Positions 7,555 through 18,176 of a stretch of 42,266 nucleotides of DNA are shown here, in pieces. Made by a program: the position numbers and the translations under genes. Source of the stretch: Paracoccaceae bacterium (lineage in GTDB: Bacteria; Pseudomonadota; Alphaproteobacteria; Rhodobacterales; Rhodobacteraceae); contig JABGTH010000169.1 of NCBI GenBank assembly GCA_018647275.1, forward strand, positions 1 through 42,266, read 5' to 3'. Position 1 is the first letter of the stretch. Each line of letters begins with the position of its first letter. Below the pieces are notes generated by a model that saw nothing but the letters and a program-made list of their open reading frames with translations, made no database searches and was not told where the DNA came from.

Positions 7555-10504
7555 TCCCCAAAACCCTACGCATCTGTTTGGCATCCCCAACGGTGTAGAT
7601 TTCCCAAAATCGCTGGTGAATGGTCTGATCAAACGGATGGATGGCCACCCGCCCCATGAGATGGCGCAGGTCGAAGTGATCATAAACACCCGTCGTATGG
7701 CACGCCGTATGCGGGATTTGTTTGATGCGGGCCCTGCCCTTTTATTGCCCCGCATTAGAATGCTGAACGAGATCGAGGATCTGCTGCCAGACCTCGATGT
7801 ACCTAAATCAAATTCAGCGCTTAAGCGTCGTTTGGAATTGGTACAGCTTGTTGCCAATCTGCTGGAGCGCGAGCAAAGCTTTGCCGCGCGCGCATCGCTT
7901 TATGACCTTGCTGACAGCCTCGCCACTTTGATGGACGAGATGCAGGGCGAAGGCGTTTCTGCCGAAGCCATTGCGAACCTTGATGTCACGGACCAATCAG
8001 GCCACTGGGAGCGCGCGAAGACGTTCATCAATATTGCGCAATCCTACATCGATCTGTCCCAAAACACACCTGACACCGAAGCACGCCAACGGATCATAGT
8101 GCAAAATTTAGTTGAGCGTTGGGAACACACCCCACCAAAGCAACCCATTATCCTTGCGGGTTCAACAGGATCACGCGGCACGACATTGATGCTGATGCAA
8201 GCCATCGCAAGACTACCAAATGGTGCTGTTATCCTGCCCGGTTTTGATTTTGATATGCCAACAGATGTGTGGACTAGCCTGTCTGACGCGATGCTATCGG
8301 AAGACCACCCGCAGTTCCGTTTTCACAAACTACTACTGTCGTTGGAAAAGTCGTCAGATGACGTGATCCCATGGGCCGATGATGCGCCTGCCGCCCCTGC
8401 CCGTAATAAGCTGCTTTCCCTTGCTCTACGCCCAGCGCCTGTCACAGATGCGTGGTTGTCTGAAGGCCCCCGTTTAACTGGTATTGCTGAAGGGTTGAAA
8501 GGCGTCACGCTGTTACAAGCTGAAACGCCACGCGATGAAGCGTTGGCCATTGCGATGCGCCTGCGCAAGGCTGCTGAAGATGGCCAAACAGCGGCACTTA
8601 TAACGCCCGATCGAATGCTAACGCGACAAGTGTCAGCGGCATTGGATCGTTGGGATATTCTACCCGATGACAGTGCGGGTTCACCGCTACATCTATCCCC
8701 ACCCGGGCGGTTTCTGCGTCACGTCGGCGGGTTGTTTTCCCGTTTGTTAGATACTGAATCCTTGCTGACATTGCTAAAACATCCGATGACCCACAGCGGT
8801 GATGATCGCGGGTTACACCAATTAAACACTCAACGGATCGAACTGCGCATTCGCCGTGATGGGCTACCTTATCCCACTGCTGAAGGGGTGTCAGAGGTCG
8901 CGCAAAAAGCAGCAGCTAAACTAAACCCGCCAACCACACTCACCGACTGGGCGGACTGGGTTGGTCAGACGTTTTGCAATCTGCATTTCGCAGGCAACCG
9001 CACCTTGGCCGATTGGACCGCCTTGCACATCCAAGTGGCGGAAGCGATCGCATCAGGGCCTATGAGCAAAACCACGGGTGAATTGTGGTTAAAATCGGCA
9101 GGTCAAAAGGCCCGCAAAGTTATGGACACCCTAACCGAACATGGGGAGTACGGTGGCGAAATGTCCGCCTCTGACTACGTTGATCTGGTCGGTGCTTTGC
9201 TATCGAGCGAAGAAGTGCGCGACCGCGACGCGCCTCATCCAAACATCATGATTTGGGGTACCCTTGAAGCCCGAGTTCAAGGGGCTGATTTGGTCATTTT
9301 GGGCGGGTTGAATGAGGGCACATGGCCCGAAGCACCCAAACCCGATCCGTGGTTAAACCGCGCCCTGCGCAATCAGGCGGGTTTGTTGCTGCCCGAACGG
9401 CGCATTGGTCTGTCTGCACACGATTTTCAGCAGGCCGTTGCCGCAGAAGAGGTCTGGATCACGCGTTCTGTACGTTCTGACGATGCAGAAACTGTGCCCT
9501 CGCGCTGGCTGAACCGCTTACAGAACTTGTTGGGCGGCTTGCCCACACTTGATGGGCCTGAAGTGTTGAAGAAAATGATCACAAGAGGCGATGAATGGTT
9601 GGCCAAGACTAAAGTGCTAGAGAAACCTACAACCGTTGATCGTGCCCATCGCCCTTCCCCACGTCCACCAATCGTTGCGCGCCCACATGCCCTGTCCGTG
9701 ACAGAGATCAAGCGCCTGATCCGCGACCCCTACGCAGTTTATGCCAAGCACACATTAAAATTGCGTGCCCTAAATCCAATCGTACAATCCCCAGACGCAC
9801 CTATGCGCGGTATCTTGATCCACTCCGTTATGGAGGTGTTCGTTAAAGACATAATGGCAGATCCGTCTTTGCTGACCTCAACATACTTGATGAAAGTTGC
9901 CACTGACGTGCTGGTCCGCGACGTGCCTTGGCCTGCGACCCGTGCGCTTTGGTTGGCAAAGCTATCGCGCGTGACAGATTGGTTTGTCGCCAGAGAAGCA
10001 GAGCGCCAAGCCCGCAGCACACCAATTGCATTTGAAAAGCAAGCCAAGGGCGTCATGAGCATGCCCAAATTAGACTTCACCCTTACCGGATATGCGGATC
10101 GGATTGATCAAACCGGTCCCGATAGCGTTGCGATCTTTGACTACAAAACCGGGACACCCCCGACTGAAAAACAACAGGCCAAGTTCGACAAACAATTGCT
10201 GATCGAAGCGGCAATGATGGAACAAGGCAGTTTTAAACATGTGGGTGTGAACACGGTGACGGAAGCTGTGTTTATCGGTCTAGGGAGCAAACCTGTTGAG
10301 GTCCGCGCCCCATTGCAAAAAGAGCCGCCTGCAAAGGTTCTGGACGAACTGGCGCAATTGATTCGCGCCTATTTGTCCATTGAGCAGGGTTTTACCTCGC
10401 AACGCACAATCCAAAGCGAACGGGAGCGCGGTGATTACGATCACCTTGCGCGTTTTGGGGAATGGGATGGCACCGATATTCCTGTGCCTGAGGATCTGAC
10501 ATGA
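7547..10504 (+). CDS. addB: Double-strand break repair nuclease AddB
   Basis: IILAGSTGSRGTT, ALITPDRMLTRQV, LSVTEIKRLIRDPY, GYADRID...DYKTG nuclease motifs. Confidence 0.95.
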   Translation: MFDPQNPTHLFGIPNGVDFPKSLVNGLIKRMDGHPPHEMAQVEVIINTRRMARRMRDLFDAGPALLLPRIRMLNEIEDLLPDLDVPKSNSALKRRLELVQLVANLLEREQSFAARASLYDLADSLATLMDEMQGEGVSAEAIANLDVTDQSGHWERAKTFINIAQSYIDLSQNTPDTEARQRIIVQNLVERWEHTPPKQPIILAGSTGSRGTTLMLMQAIARLPNGAVILPGFDFDMPTDVWTSLSDAMLSEDHPQFRFHKLLLSLEKSSDDVIPWADDAPAAPARNKLLSLALRPAPVTDAWLSEGPRLTGIAEGLKGVTLLQAETPRDEALAIAMRLRKAAEDGQTAALITPDRMLTRQVSAALDRWDILPDDSAGSPLHLSPPGRFLRHVGGLFSRLLDTESLLTLLKHPMTHSGDDRGLHQLNTQRIELRIRRDGLPYPTAEGVSEVAQKAAAKLNPPTTLTDWADWVGQTFCNLHFAGNRTLADWTALHIQVAEAIASGPMSKTTGELWLKSAGQKARKVMDTLTEHGEYGGEMSASDYVDLVGALLSSEEVRDRDAPHPNIMIWGTLEARVQGADLVILGGLNEGTWPEAPKPDPWLNRALRNQAGLLLPERRIGLSAHDFQQAVAAEEVWITRSVRSDDAETVPSRWLNRLQNLLGGLPTLDGPEVLKKMITRGDEWLAKTKVLEKPTTVDRAHRPSPRPPIVARPHALSVTEIKRLIRDPYAVYAKHTLKLRALNPIVQSPDAPMRGILIHSVMEVFVKDIMADPSLLTSTYLMKVATDVLVRDVPWPATRALWLAKLSRVTDWFVAREAERQARSTPIAFEKQAKGVMSMPKLDFTLTGYADRIDQTGPDSVAIFDYKTGTPPTEKQQAKFDKQLLIEAAMMEQGSFKHVGVNTVTEAVFIGLGSKPVEVRAPLQKEPPAKVLDELAQLIRAYLSIEQGFTSQRTIQSERERGDYDHLARFGEWDGTDIPVPEDLT

Positions 10505-13500
10505 TGACACCTAATGAAGCTACGCGACGCCAATTGGCCGCAGCAGATCCAAACACATCCACATGGCTTGCTGCCAATGCAGGTTCGGGCAAGACCCGCG
10601 TTCTGACGGACCGCGTGGCACGTCTGCTTTTGGACAAGGTCCAGCCGCAACATATCCTGTGTCTGACTTACACCAAGGCCGCCGCATCAGAGATGCAAAA
10701 CCGTCTGTTCAAACGTCTGGGCGATTGGGCCATGTTGCCCGATTCAGAATTGCGCCATGCCCTGACCGAATTAGGTGTGCGACACAATCCGGATGGCGAT
10801 CAATTGCGCGATGCCCGCACATTGTTTGCCCGTGCGATTGAGACCCCCGGTGGATTGAAAATTCAAACTATTCACTCATTCTGCGCCTCACTTCTGCGTC
10901 GCTTTCCATTAGAAGCCAACGTAAGCCCACAATTCAAAGAGATCGAAGAACGCGCGGCTGACATGCTGCGCAGTGAGATCGTGGATATGATGGCCGACGG
11001 ACCAGAAGCGGGTTTGGTTGCCGCACTTGCCAACCAATACTCAGGCGAAGATTTCTTACGATTGACACAAGAAATTGTGGGCCACCGTGCTGCATTTGCA
11101 AATCCATTAGCGTGGGATGATTGCCTTGCGCTGTTTGGTCAAGCCGCGGGATTGGACGAGTCAGAAATTGAAGGTTTGGCGTTTCAAGGTGGTGAACGGC
11201 AGCTGCTGGATCAACTGATCCCCGTTTTGACCTCCAAAGGTGGCAATGACGGTAAGGCTGGTGAAAAGCTGAAGATGTTGGGAACATTGTCCCTTAAATC
11301 TTTGCCCATTTTGGAAAATGTTTTTCTAACTGGTGGCAATGCCAAAGACCCGTTTTCTGCCAAGTTAGGGACCTTTCCAACCAAGGCGACCCAAGGCACT
11401 GTTGGAGCATTGATGCCACAGTTAGAGGCATTCATGCTGCGGATCGAAGATACGCGAGATAGGCGTTTGGCCCTTCAGTCTGCGCGTCGAACACAGGTCT
11501 TACACGACTTTGCCCATGCCTTTGTGGGAAAATACGAACAGGCCAAACTGGTACGCGGTTGGTTGGACTTTGACGATTTGATCCTAAAGGCACGTCACCT
11601 TTTAAATGATGAAAAAGTGGCGGCGTGGGTGTTGTTCCGCATTGATGGTGGGATCGACCACATTCTTGTGGATGAGGCACAAGACACCAGCCCGGACCAG
11701 TGGGATGTGATCCGCAAACTGGCCGAGGAGTTCTCAAGCGGGGATGGTGCACGCGAAGATGTCAAACGCACCTTGTTTGTTGTTGGAGATAAAAAACAGT
11801 CCATCTATTCATTCCAAGGGGCAGACCCACGTGAATTTGACCGGATGCAGAATGAGTTTAAGGAAAAGTTCGCAGCCATTGATGTGCCTTTCCAAGAAAC
11901 AACATTGGATTTTTCATTCCGTTCCTCTGCCGCGATTTTACGGATGGTGGATCAGACCTTTGACAACAAAACTCAAGCTGGGTTTGTGCAGGATTCAAAG
12001 CACATCGCATTTAAATCCGACTTACCCGGTCGTGTAGACCTTTGGCCTGTCATCGAAACCATCAAAGACGACGATGAGCGTGATTGGTTCGATCCGATTG
12101 ATCGGCGCAGCGAGCAGCACCACACGGTGGTTTTGGCGGATCAAATTGCCCGCTCCATCGCCAGACTGATTAACGACAAACACACTATTCCTGATGACGG
12201 ACCAAAGAGTACGACGATCAAACGCCTCATCACGGCCGGTGATTTCCTGATCCTTGTGCAACGCCGCTCTGCCTTGTTTTCTGAGATCATTCGCGCCTGC
12301 AAAATTCATAACCTCGCAATAGCGGGTGCCGATCGGCTAAAGGTTGGCGCTGAACTGGCCGTACGTGACCTTGGTGCGTTACTGTCCTTTTTGGCGACAC
12401 CAGAAGACAGCCTGTCCCTTGCAACCGTATTGAAATCCCCGCTGTTTGGGTGGAGCGAACAACAATTGTTCGACGTGGCACATCACAGAACCCAAGAGCA
12501 CCTATGGCAAAACCTGCGTGACCGTTCAGATGATTTCGCAGATACCGTACCCGTCCTGCGCGATCTGCGCGACAATGCTGATTTCTTGCGCCCTTATGAT
12601 CTGATCGAACGTATTTTGACCCGCCACGATGGGCGGCGCAAATTATTAGGTCGCTTGGGCACAGAGGCCGAAGATGGCATTAATGCATTGCTGTCCCAAG
12701 CGCTGGCATATGAACGCACAGCGGTGCCGAGCCTGACCGGGTTCATCGTCTGGATGAAAGCCGATGATCTGAACATAAAACGCCAAATCGACAGCGCGTC
12801 AGATCAAATTCGCGTGATGACAGTGCATGGGTCAAAGGGTCTAGAAGCGCCCATCGTGATTTTGCCTGACACTGGTAAACGCAACATTCAGGTCAAAAGC
12901 GAAATAATAAAAATGGGTGAAGTGCCTGTTTGGAAAGCGCGCGACGGTGAAACACCCAAGACAATGCAGGACGCATTGGGAGAGATGAAAGACGCCCAAC
13001 GCAATGAACAGCTGCGCCTGCTTTATGTGGCGTTGAGCCGCGCAGAGAAATGGCTGATTGTGGCCGTGGCAGGTGATTTAGGTAAGAGTGAACCGTCATG
13101 GTACCACACTGTTCAGGGCGCGATGGAACATGCCGGTGCGGTGGATGTGTCCATACCCGAGGTTGGCCCGATCCTGCGGGTTGAACATGGCGACTGGGAT
13201 GCCCCCGATTTTGAACAAAAAATGATAAATTCGACAAATGCCCCGGTATTAGAGACGCTTTATACTCAAAAATTCGCCAATCCGATTGAGGCAGTCAAAA
13301 CCCTTTCACCATCTGATCTGAGTGGTGCCAAAGCCCTTGAAGGTGAGTTGGGAATGGATGAGGATACCGCCCTTTCATACGGTAGTTTGGTGCACTGGCA
13401 TCTAGAACACCCGCATAAATCCACAGAACAGGATTTTGGGTTGTCAGGCACCTTGCGCACCCAAGCGAAAGCCGAGGCAGTTGCCATTTTGGATAAGCCC

Positions 13501-13842
13501 GAATTGGCCCATGTCTTTGCACCCGGCACCTTGGCAGAGGTTTCGATAACTGCCCCCATCGGATCGCAGCGCATTCATGGCACGATTGACCGTTTGTTGA
13601 TCACCGGCAATAAGATCACCGCGATCGATTTTAAAACTAACCGCACAATCCCCCATTCAGCTGCGGATTGCCCAATTGGTTTGCTTCGCCAAATGGGTGC
13701 CTATTCCTGTGCATTACGTGAAATTTATCCAGATCATGAGATTGAAACAGCTATATTGTGGACCAACACACAAAGCTTAATGCCTTTAACACACGATCTT
13801 GTGTCTCAGGCGTTAAAGACATCAACATATCTTGACCTTTGA
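10501..13842 (+). CDS. addA: Double-strand break repair helicase/nuclease AddA
   Basis: ANAGSGKT, LVDEAQDT, VGDKKQSIYSFQGA, MTVHGSKGLE, GTIDRL...IDFKT. Confidence 0.97.
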   Translation: MMTPNEATRRQLAAADPNTSTWLAANAGSGKTRVLTDRVARLLLDKVQPQHILCLTYTKAAASEMQNRLFKRLGDWAMLPDSELRHALTELGVRHNPDGDQLRDARTLFARAIETPGGLKIQTIHSFCASLLRRFPLEANVSPQFKEIEERAADMLRSEIVDMMADGPEAGLVAALANQYSGEDFLRLTQEIVGHRAAFANPLAWDDCLALFGQAAGLDESEIEGLAFQGGERQLLDQLIPVLTSKGGNDGKAGEKLKMLGTLSLKSLPILENVFLTGGNAKDPFSAKLGTFPTKATQGTVGALMPQLEAFMLRIEDTRDRRLALQSARRTQVLHDFAHAFVGKYEQAKLVRGWLDFDDLILKARHLLNDEKVAAWVLFRIDGGIDHILVDEAQDTSPDQWDVIRKLAEEFSSGDGAREDVKRTLFVVGDKKQSIYSFQGADPREFDRMQNEFKEKFAAIDVPFQETTLDFSFRSSAAILRMVDQTFDNKTQAGFVQDSKHIAFKSDLPGRVDLWPVIETIKDDDERDWFDPIDRRSEQHHTVVLADQIARSIARLINDKHTIPDDGPKSTTIKRLITAGDFLILVQRRSALFSEIIRACKIHNLAIAGADRLKVGAELAVRDLGALLSFLATPEDSLSLATVLKSPLFGWSEQQLFDVAHHRTQEHLWQNLRDRSDDFADTVPVLRDLRDNADFLRPYDLIERILTRHDGRRKLLGRLGTEAEDGINALLSQALAYERTAVPSLTGFIVWMKADDLNIKRQIDSASDQIRVMTVHGSKGLEAPIVILPDTGKRNIQVKSEIIKMGEVPVWKARDGETPKTMQDALGEMKDAQRNEQLRLLYVALSRAEKWLIVAVAGDLGKSEPSWYHTVQGAMEHAGAVDVSIPEVGPILRVEHGDWDAPDFEQKMINSTNAPVLETLYTQKFANPIEAVKTLSPSDLSGAKALEGELGMDEDTALSYGSLVHWHLEHPHKSTEQDFGLSGTLRTQAKAEAVAILDKPELAHVFAPGTLAEVSITAPIGSQRIHGTIDRLLITGNKITAIDFKTNRTIPHSAADCPIGLLRQMGAYSCALREIYPDHEIETAILWTNTQSLMPLTHDLVSQALKTSTYLDL

Positions 13843-13858
13843 ACACTGTATACATAGG
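13831..13858 (+). promoter_or_regulatory. Putative RpoH-type promoter of trxA
   Basis: CTTG-N18-CATAGG overlapping the addA 3' end. Confidence 0.45.
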
Positions 13859-13895
13859 TTCCCAACCAACAAATTAGCCCCTGAGGAGAAGCCAA

Positions 13896-14216
13896 ATGGC
13901 AACCGTTGCAGTATCAGACGCACAATTCGAAGCCGAAGTCACAAATTCAGACGTCCCAGTTGTTGTTGATTTTTGGGCAGAATGGTGTGGCCCTTGTAAA
14001 CAAATCGGTCCGTCCCTCGAAGAATTGTCTGAAGAGCTGGGTGGCAAGGTTAAAATTGTCAAAGTCGACGTAGACAGCAATCCAAATTCAGCTGCTAAAA
14101 TGGGTGTCCGTGGCATCCCTGCTCTGTTCGTCATCAAAGACGGCCAAGTTATTGCAAACATGGCAGGCGCAAAACCAAAGGCTGCGTTGAAAAGCTGGAT
14201 CGAAGAGTCCCTCTAA
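13896..14216 (+). CDS. trxA: Thioredoxin
   Basis: WCGPC active site; GAGGAG SD. Confidence 0.98.
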   Translation: MATVAVSDAQFEAEVTNSDVPVVVDFWAEWCGPCKQIGPSLEELSEELGGKVKIVKVDVDSNPNSAAKMGVRGIPALFVIKDGQVIANMAGAKPKAALKSWIEESL

Positions 14217-14239
14217 GACCGAAGACCATAGATTTAAAG

Positions 14240-14277
14240 AGAGCGCGTCAGGCAAATGCTTGGCGCGCTATTTTTTT
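14240..14277 (+). terminator. Intrinsic terminator after trxA
   Basis: AGCGCGTCAGGC / GCTTGGCGCGCT stem followed by ATTTTTTT. Confidence 0.75.
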
Positions 14278-14303
14278 GATCCGCGCAAAGCGCACTGAGT
14301 TTT

Positions 14304-14734
14304 TGAGCCTCCCACTTTGAATTGGTCCGCCCCTATAGTCAGGAACAGGGGACCATAAATGGCCACCAAGAGACCCAAGCCTGAAGAGATTGTCGTAAAA
14401 TTTTGGCAGGTTGAAGTTCTTATGGGGCAAGGTATGCCCCGGATTGGCGTGATCCGACAGATCAGTTTGACTGAACAAACCTATCACCATTGGAAGGAAA
14501 AGTAAGGCGGAATGAGCACAGAACAACTCAAGGAACTGAAGCGGTTACAGAAAGAGAACGAGCGTCTGCGGCGATCAGTATCGGACCTTACGCTGGACAA
14601 GCTAATCCTAAAAGAGGTTGCAACGGGAAACTTCTAAGCTCTTCGTGTCGCCGTTCTTGTATTGATCTCATGCGCAGTCAGATGAAGGTTTCTGAGCGAC
14701 GGGTTTGTCGCGTTCGGGGCCAACATCGATCCAA
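14304..14734 (+). mobile_element. Truncated IS3-family element: left end, orfA with nonsense codon, start of orfB
   Basis: TG-starting putative IRL at 14304; orfA 14359-14637 MATKRPKPEEIVVK...WKEK*GGMSTEQLKELKRLQKENERLRRSVSDLTLDKLILKE; GGGAAAC -1 slippery site 14625-14631; orfB ...VSERRVCRVRGQHRS then homology stops, no DDE domain. Confidence 0.88.
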
Positions 14735-14851
14735 CATCTTGCACCTTCACTCGTTTAGGTATACCGCTGCATACAACCATTTCGCTCGCGCAAGCTGACA
14801 GCTTACTCTGGGCACTTCTCGCCACATAAACAGTTAAAAATCGAGATTACC

Positions 14852-17641
14852 ATGAACTTATATGCAGCATACCTTGAAGAAATTGAAACCCGCAAAAAGC
14901 AGGGACTTAGCCCAAAGCCGATCGACGGTGCTGAGCTGACGCAGGAAATCATCGCCCAAATCTTAGATGCGGGCCACGCGCATCGGGACGCTTCGCTTAA
15001 TTTCCTGATCTACAACACACTCCCCGGCACAACGAGCGCGGCAGCCGTAAAGGCACAGTTCTTGAAAGACATCATTTTGGGCGACGCTGAGGTTCAAGAA
15101 ATCTCCGCTGAGTTCGCCTTTGAAATGCTGTCCCACATGAAGGGCGGCCCCTCTGTGGACGTTCTGCTGGACCTCGCTCTGGGTAATGATGCTGCGTTTT
15201 CTAGCCAAGCGGCCGACGTACTGCAGACACAATTCTTCTTGTACGATGCAGACATGGACCGCTTGAAATCGGCGTTTGACGCAGGCAATCTTATTGCACG
15301 CGATATCCTTGAAAGCTACGCTAAGGCTGAATTCTTTACCAAGCTGCCTGACATCGAAGAAGAGATTAAGGTTGTGACCTTTGTCGCTGGCGAAGGCGAT
15401 ATTTCCACCGACCTGCTGTCACCAGGCAATCAGGCACACTCCCGTGCGGACCGCGAACTGCACGGTAAGTGCATGATCGACGAAGCGGCACAGAAACACA
15501 TTCAAGATCTTAAACTGCAGCATCCCGACGCGCGCGTCATGCTAATTGCGGAAAAAGGCACGATGGGTGTTGGGTCTTCGCGGATGTCAGGTGTGAACAA
15601 CGTCGCACTTTGGACAGGTAAGCAGGCATCGCCCTATGTTCCCTTCGTGAATTTCGCCCCTGTTGTAGCGGGTACGAACGGCATTTCCCCGATCTTCCTG
15701 ACAACTGTTGGCGTGACCGGCGGCATCGGTGTCGATCTGAAAAACTGGATTAAGAAAACAGACGAAGACGGCAATCCGATTTTAAACAACGATGGCAATG
15801 CTGTCCTTGAGGAAAAGTATTCTGTTACGACGGGCACCGTGTTGAAGATCAACACCAAAGACAAAAAGCTGTACAGCGAAGATGGTGACGAACTGGTGGA
15901 TATGTCCAGCTCCTTCACCCCGCAAAAGGTGGAATTCATGAAGGCGGGTGGGTCTTACGCCATCGTCTTTGGTAAAAAGTTGCAGACGTTTGCTGCGGAA
16001 ACCCTTGGGGTTGAGGCTCCGCTGGTGTTCGCACCGTCCAAAGAAATCAATCATGAGGGTCAAGGCCTGACTGCTGTTGAAAAAATCTTTAACGCCAATG
16101 CCCGTGGCGTAACGCCGGGTACGGTTCTGCACGCCGGATCAGACGTTCGGCTTGGCGTGAACATCGTGGGATCACAAGACACTACAGGTCTGATGACCAT
16201 GCAGGAACTTGAGGCAATGGCCGCGACGATCGTGTCACCCTCAGTCGACGGGGCATACCAGTCCGGTTGCCACACGGCCTCTGTTTGGGACATTAAAGCG
16301 CAGGAAAACACACCGCGTCTGATGAAATTTATGAACGACTTTGGCCTGGTCACAGGCCGCGATCCAAAAGGCGAATATCACGCCATGACGGACGTAATCC
16401 ACAAGGTGCTGAACGACGTAACAGTCAGCGACTGGGACGTGATCATCGGCGGCGACAGCCACACACGTATGTCCAAAGGTGTGGCCTTTGGCGCTGACTC
16501 CGGAACCGTTGCGCTGGCTCTGGCCACTGGCGAGGCATCCATGCCAATCCCTGAATCAGTCAAAGTGACGTTCAAAGGCCAAATGGCCGATCACATGGAT
16601 TTCCGCGATGTGGTGCATGCAACGCAGGCGCAAATGCTGGAACAGCACGGCGATAACGTGTTTCAAGGCCGCGTGATTGAGGTTCACATTGGCACGCTGC
16701 TGGCGGATCAGGCGTTCACCTTCACCGACTGGACAGCGGAAATGAAGGCAAAGGCCTCAGTTTGTATTTCCAACGATGAAACGCTGATCGGCTCGCTTGA
16801 GGTGGCAAAATCCCGTATCCAGATCATGATCAACAAAGGAATGGAGCATGACAACGGCATGTTGGCCGGTTTGATTGCAAAGGCCGACAAGCGCATCGCC
16901 GGGATAAATTCTGGCAGGAAACCGACATTGCAGCCTGACAGCAACGCCAAGTACTTCGCTGAAGTGGTCGTTGATCTGGACACCATCGTTGAACCGATGA
17001 TCGCTGACCCAGACGTGCAAAATGCAGATGTTTCAAAACGTTACACCCATGATACCATCCGCCCAATTTCGTTCTACGGTGCGAAAAAGAAGGTCGACCT
17101 TGGCTTTGTTGGGTCGTGCATGGTGCATAAGGGTGACGTGAAAATCGTCGCTCAGATGCTGCGCAACTTGGAAAAAGACTCTGGCAAGGTTCAGTTCAAA
17201 GCGCCGCTGGTCGTCGCCGCCCCGACCTACAACATCATTGATGAGTTAAAGGAAGAAGGCGACTGGTCTGTACTACAAAAGTACTCCGGTTTCGAGTTCG
17301 ATGACACTTCACCGAAAAACACCGCCCGGACCGAGTATGAGAACATTCTCTACCTCGAACGCCCGGGCTGTAACCTTTGCATGGGTAACCAAGAAAAGGC
17401 GGCCAAGGGTGACACGGTTCTCGCAACATCCACGCGTCTCTTCAAAGGCCGTGTCGTTGAAGATACCACTGAGAAAACAGGCGAGTCTTTGTTGGCTTCT
17501 ACCCCAGTCGTCGTGCTCTCCGCGATCCTCGGGCGCACACCAACGCTGGAAGAGTACAAAGACGCGGTTGATGGCATCGACCTAACCAAGTTCGCCCCGC
17601 CAATCGAGAAGCCAGCGGGCGCGAAATCCGCGCACTTCTAA
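14852..17641 (+). CDS. acnB: Aconitate hydratase B / 2-methylisocitrate dehydratase
   Basis: DISTDLLSP, MGVGSSRMSGVN, GSQDTTG, GGDSHTR, Fe-S ligands GSCM and PGCNLCMGNQ, STRLF. Confidence 0.95.
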   Translation: MNLYAAYLEEIETRKKQGLSPKPIDGAELTQEIIAQILDAGHAHRDASLNFLIYNTLPGTTSAAAVKAQFLKDIILGDAEVQEISAEFAFEMLSHMKGGPSVDVLLDLALGNDAAFSSQAADVLQTQFFLYDADMDRLKSAFDAGNLIARDILESYAKAEFFTKLPDIEEEIKVVTFVAGEGDISTDLLSPGNQAHSRADRELHGKCMIDEAAQKHIQDLKLQHPDARVMLIAEKGTMGVGSSRMSGVNNVALWTGKQASPYVPFVNFAPVVAGTNGISPIFLTTVGVTGGIGVDLKNWIKKTDEDGNPILNNDGNAVLEEKYSVTTGTVLKINTKDKKLYSEDGDELVDMSSSFTPQKVEFMKAGGSYAIVFGKKLQTFAAETLGVEAPLVFAPSKEINHEGQGLTAVEKIFNANARGVTPGTVLHAGSDVRLGVNIVGSQDTTGLMTMQELEAMAATIVSPSVDGAYQSGCHTASVWDIKAQENTPRLMKFMNDFGLVTGRDPKGEYHAMTDVIHKVLNDVTVSDWDVIIGGDSHTRMSKGVAFGADSGTVALALATGEASMPIPESVKVTFKGQMADHMDFRDVVHATQAQMLEQHGDNVFQGRVIEVHIGTLLADQAFTFTDWTAEMKAKASVCISNDETLIGSLEVAKSRIQIMINKGMEHDNGMLAGLIAKADKRIAGINSGRKPTLQPDSNAKYFAEVVVDLDTIVEPMIADPDVQNADVSKRYTHDTIRPISFYGAKKKVDLGFVGSCMVHKGDVKIVAQMLRNLEKDSGKVQFKAPLVVAAPTYNIIDELKEEGDWSVLQKYSGFEFDDTSPKNTARTEYENILYLERPGCNLCMGNQEKAAKGDTVLATSTRLFKGRVVEDTTEKTGESLLASTPVVVLSAILGRTPTLEEYKDAVDGIDLTKFAPPIEKPAGAKSAHF

Positions 17642-17659
17642 ACAACACACAGTTTGATG

Positions 17660-17703
17660 AAAAAATTTCGGGCGCATCGAAAAATGCGCCCGTTTTTATT
17701 TTC
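17660..17703 (+). terminator. Intrinsic, possibly bidirectional, terminator after acnB
   Basis: CGGGCGCAT-CGAAAA-ATGCGCCCG perfect 9-bp stem flanked by A and T runs. Confidence 0.85.
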
Positions 17704-18176
17704 GAAACAATTACCTTTTCCACTCAGCGATAGCTTATAATCATACTGTGACGAGCGCCGCCAATACTCGTTAGAGCATTGCTAAGAACCGCGATCCGTT
17801 TGGTGAATACAAACTTTTGCCGGCTGACTCAAATTATTGAGCATGTCTATTAACCGGAGCACCAGATCCCGCTTTGCACAAAAGTGGGCCATGATCATTA
17901 ACCCTGCGACACAGGTCTAAAAATGTGACCCCTTGCGAAAATACGGTGGGATCAGTGGGTGAAAATACGTGTTTCAAGACAACAGAAGCCCCCCCATCAG
18001 CAACATAACGTTGAACTATATGTAAACGATTTTCTTCGTTTTTGATCCATTCAGCACCGCAAGAATATGAAGTTTCATCAAGACCGGCATATGCTGCAAG
18101 GGAAGAAAAGCATCCGGATGCGGAAGCGCGAAGACCAATTTAATTTAGGCACAGCGCCCTCTTTTTCTGTTTCCAA

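Noticed and set aside
7547-13842. Large helicase-nuclease pair as a novel defence system
   Set aside because: Motifs and the tsaE...trxA context identify the housekeeping AddAB
14248-14825. ORFs 14248-14526, 14490-14798 and 14634-14825 as novel genes
   Set aside because: Antisense or partial frames of the IS3 remnant
17996-18030. GCAACATAACGTTGAACTATATGTAAAC resembles a dif/Xer site
   Set aside because: Arm spacing does not fit the 11-6-11 layout, and a chromosomal dif is not expected near oriC
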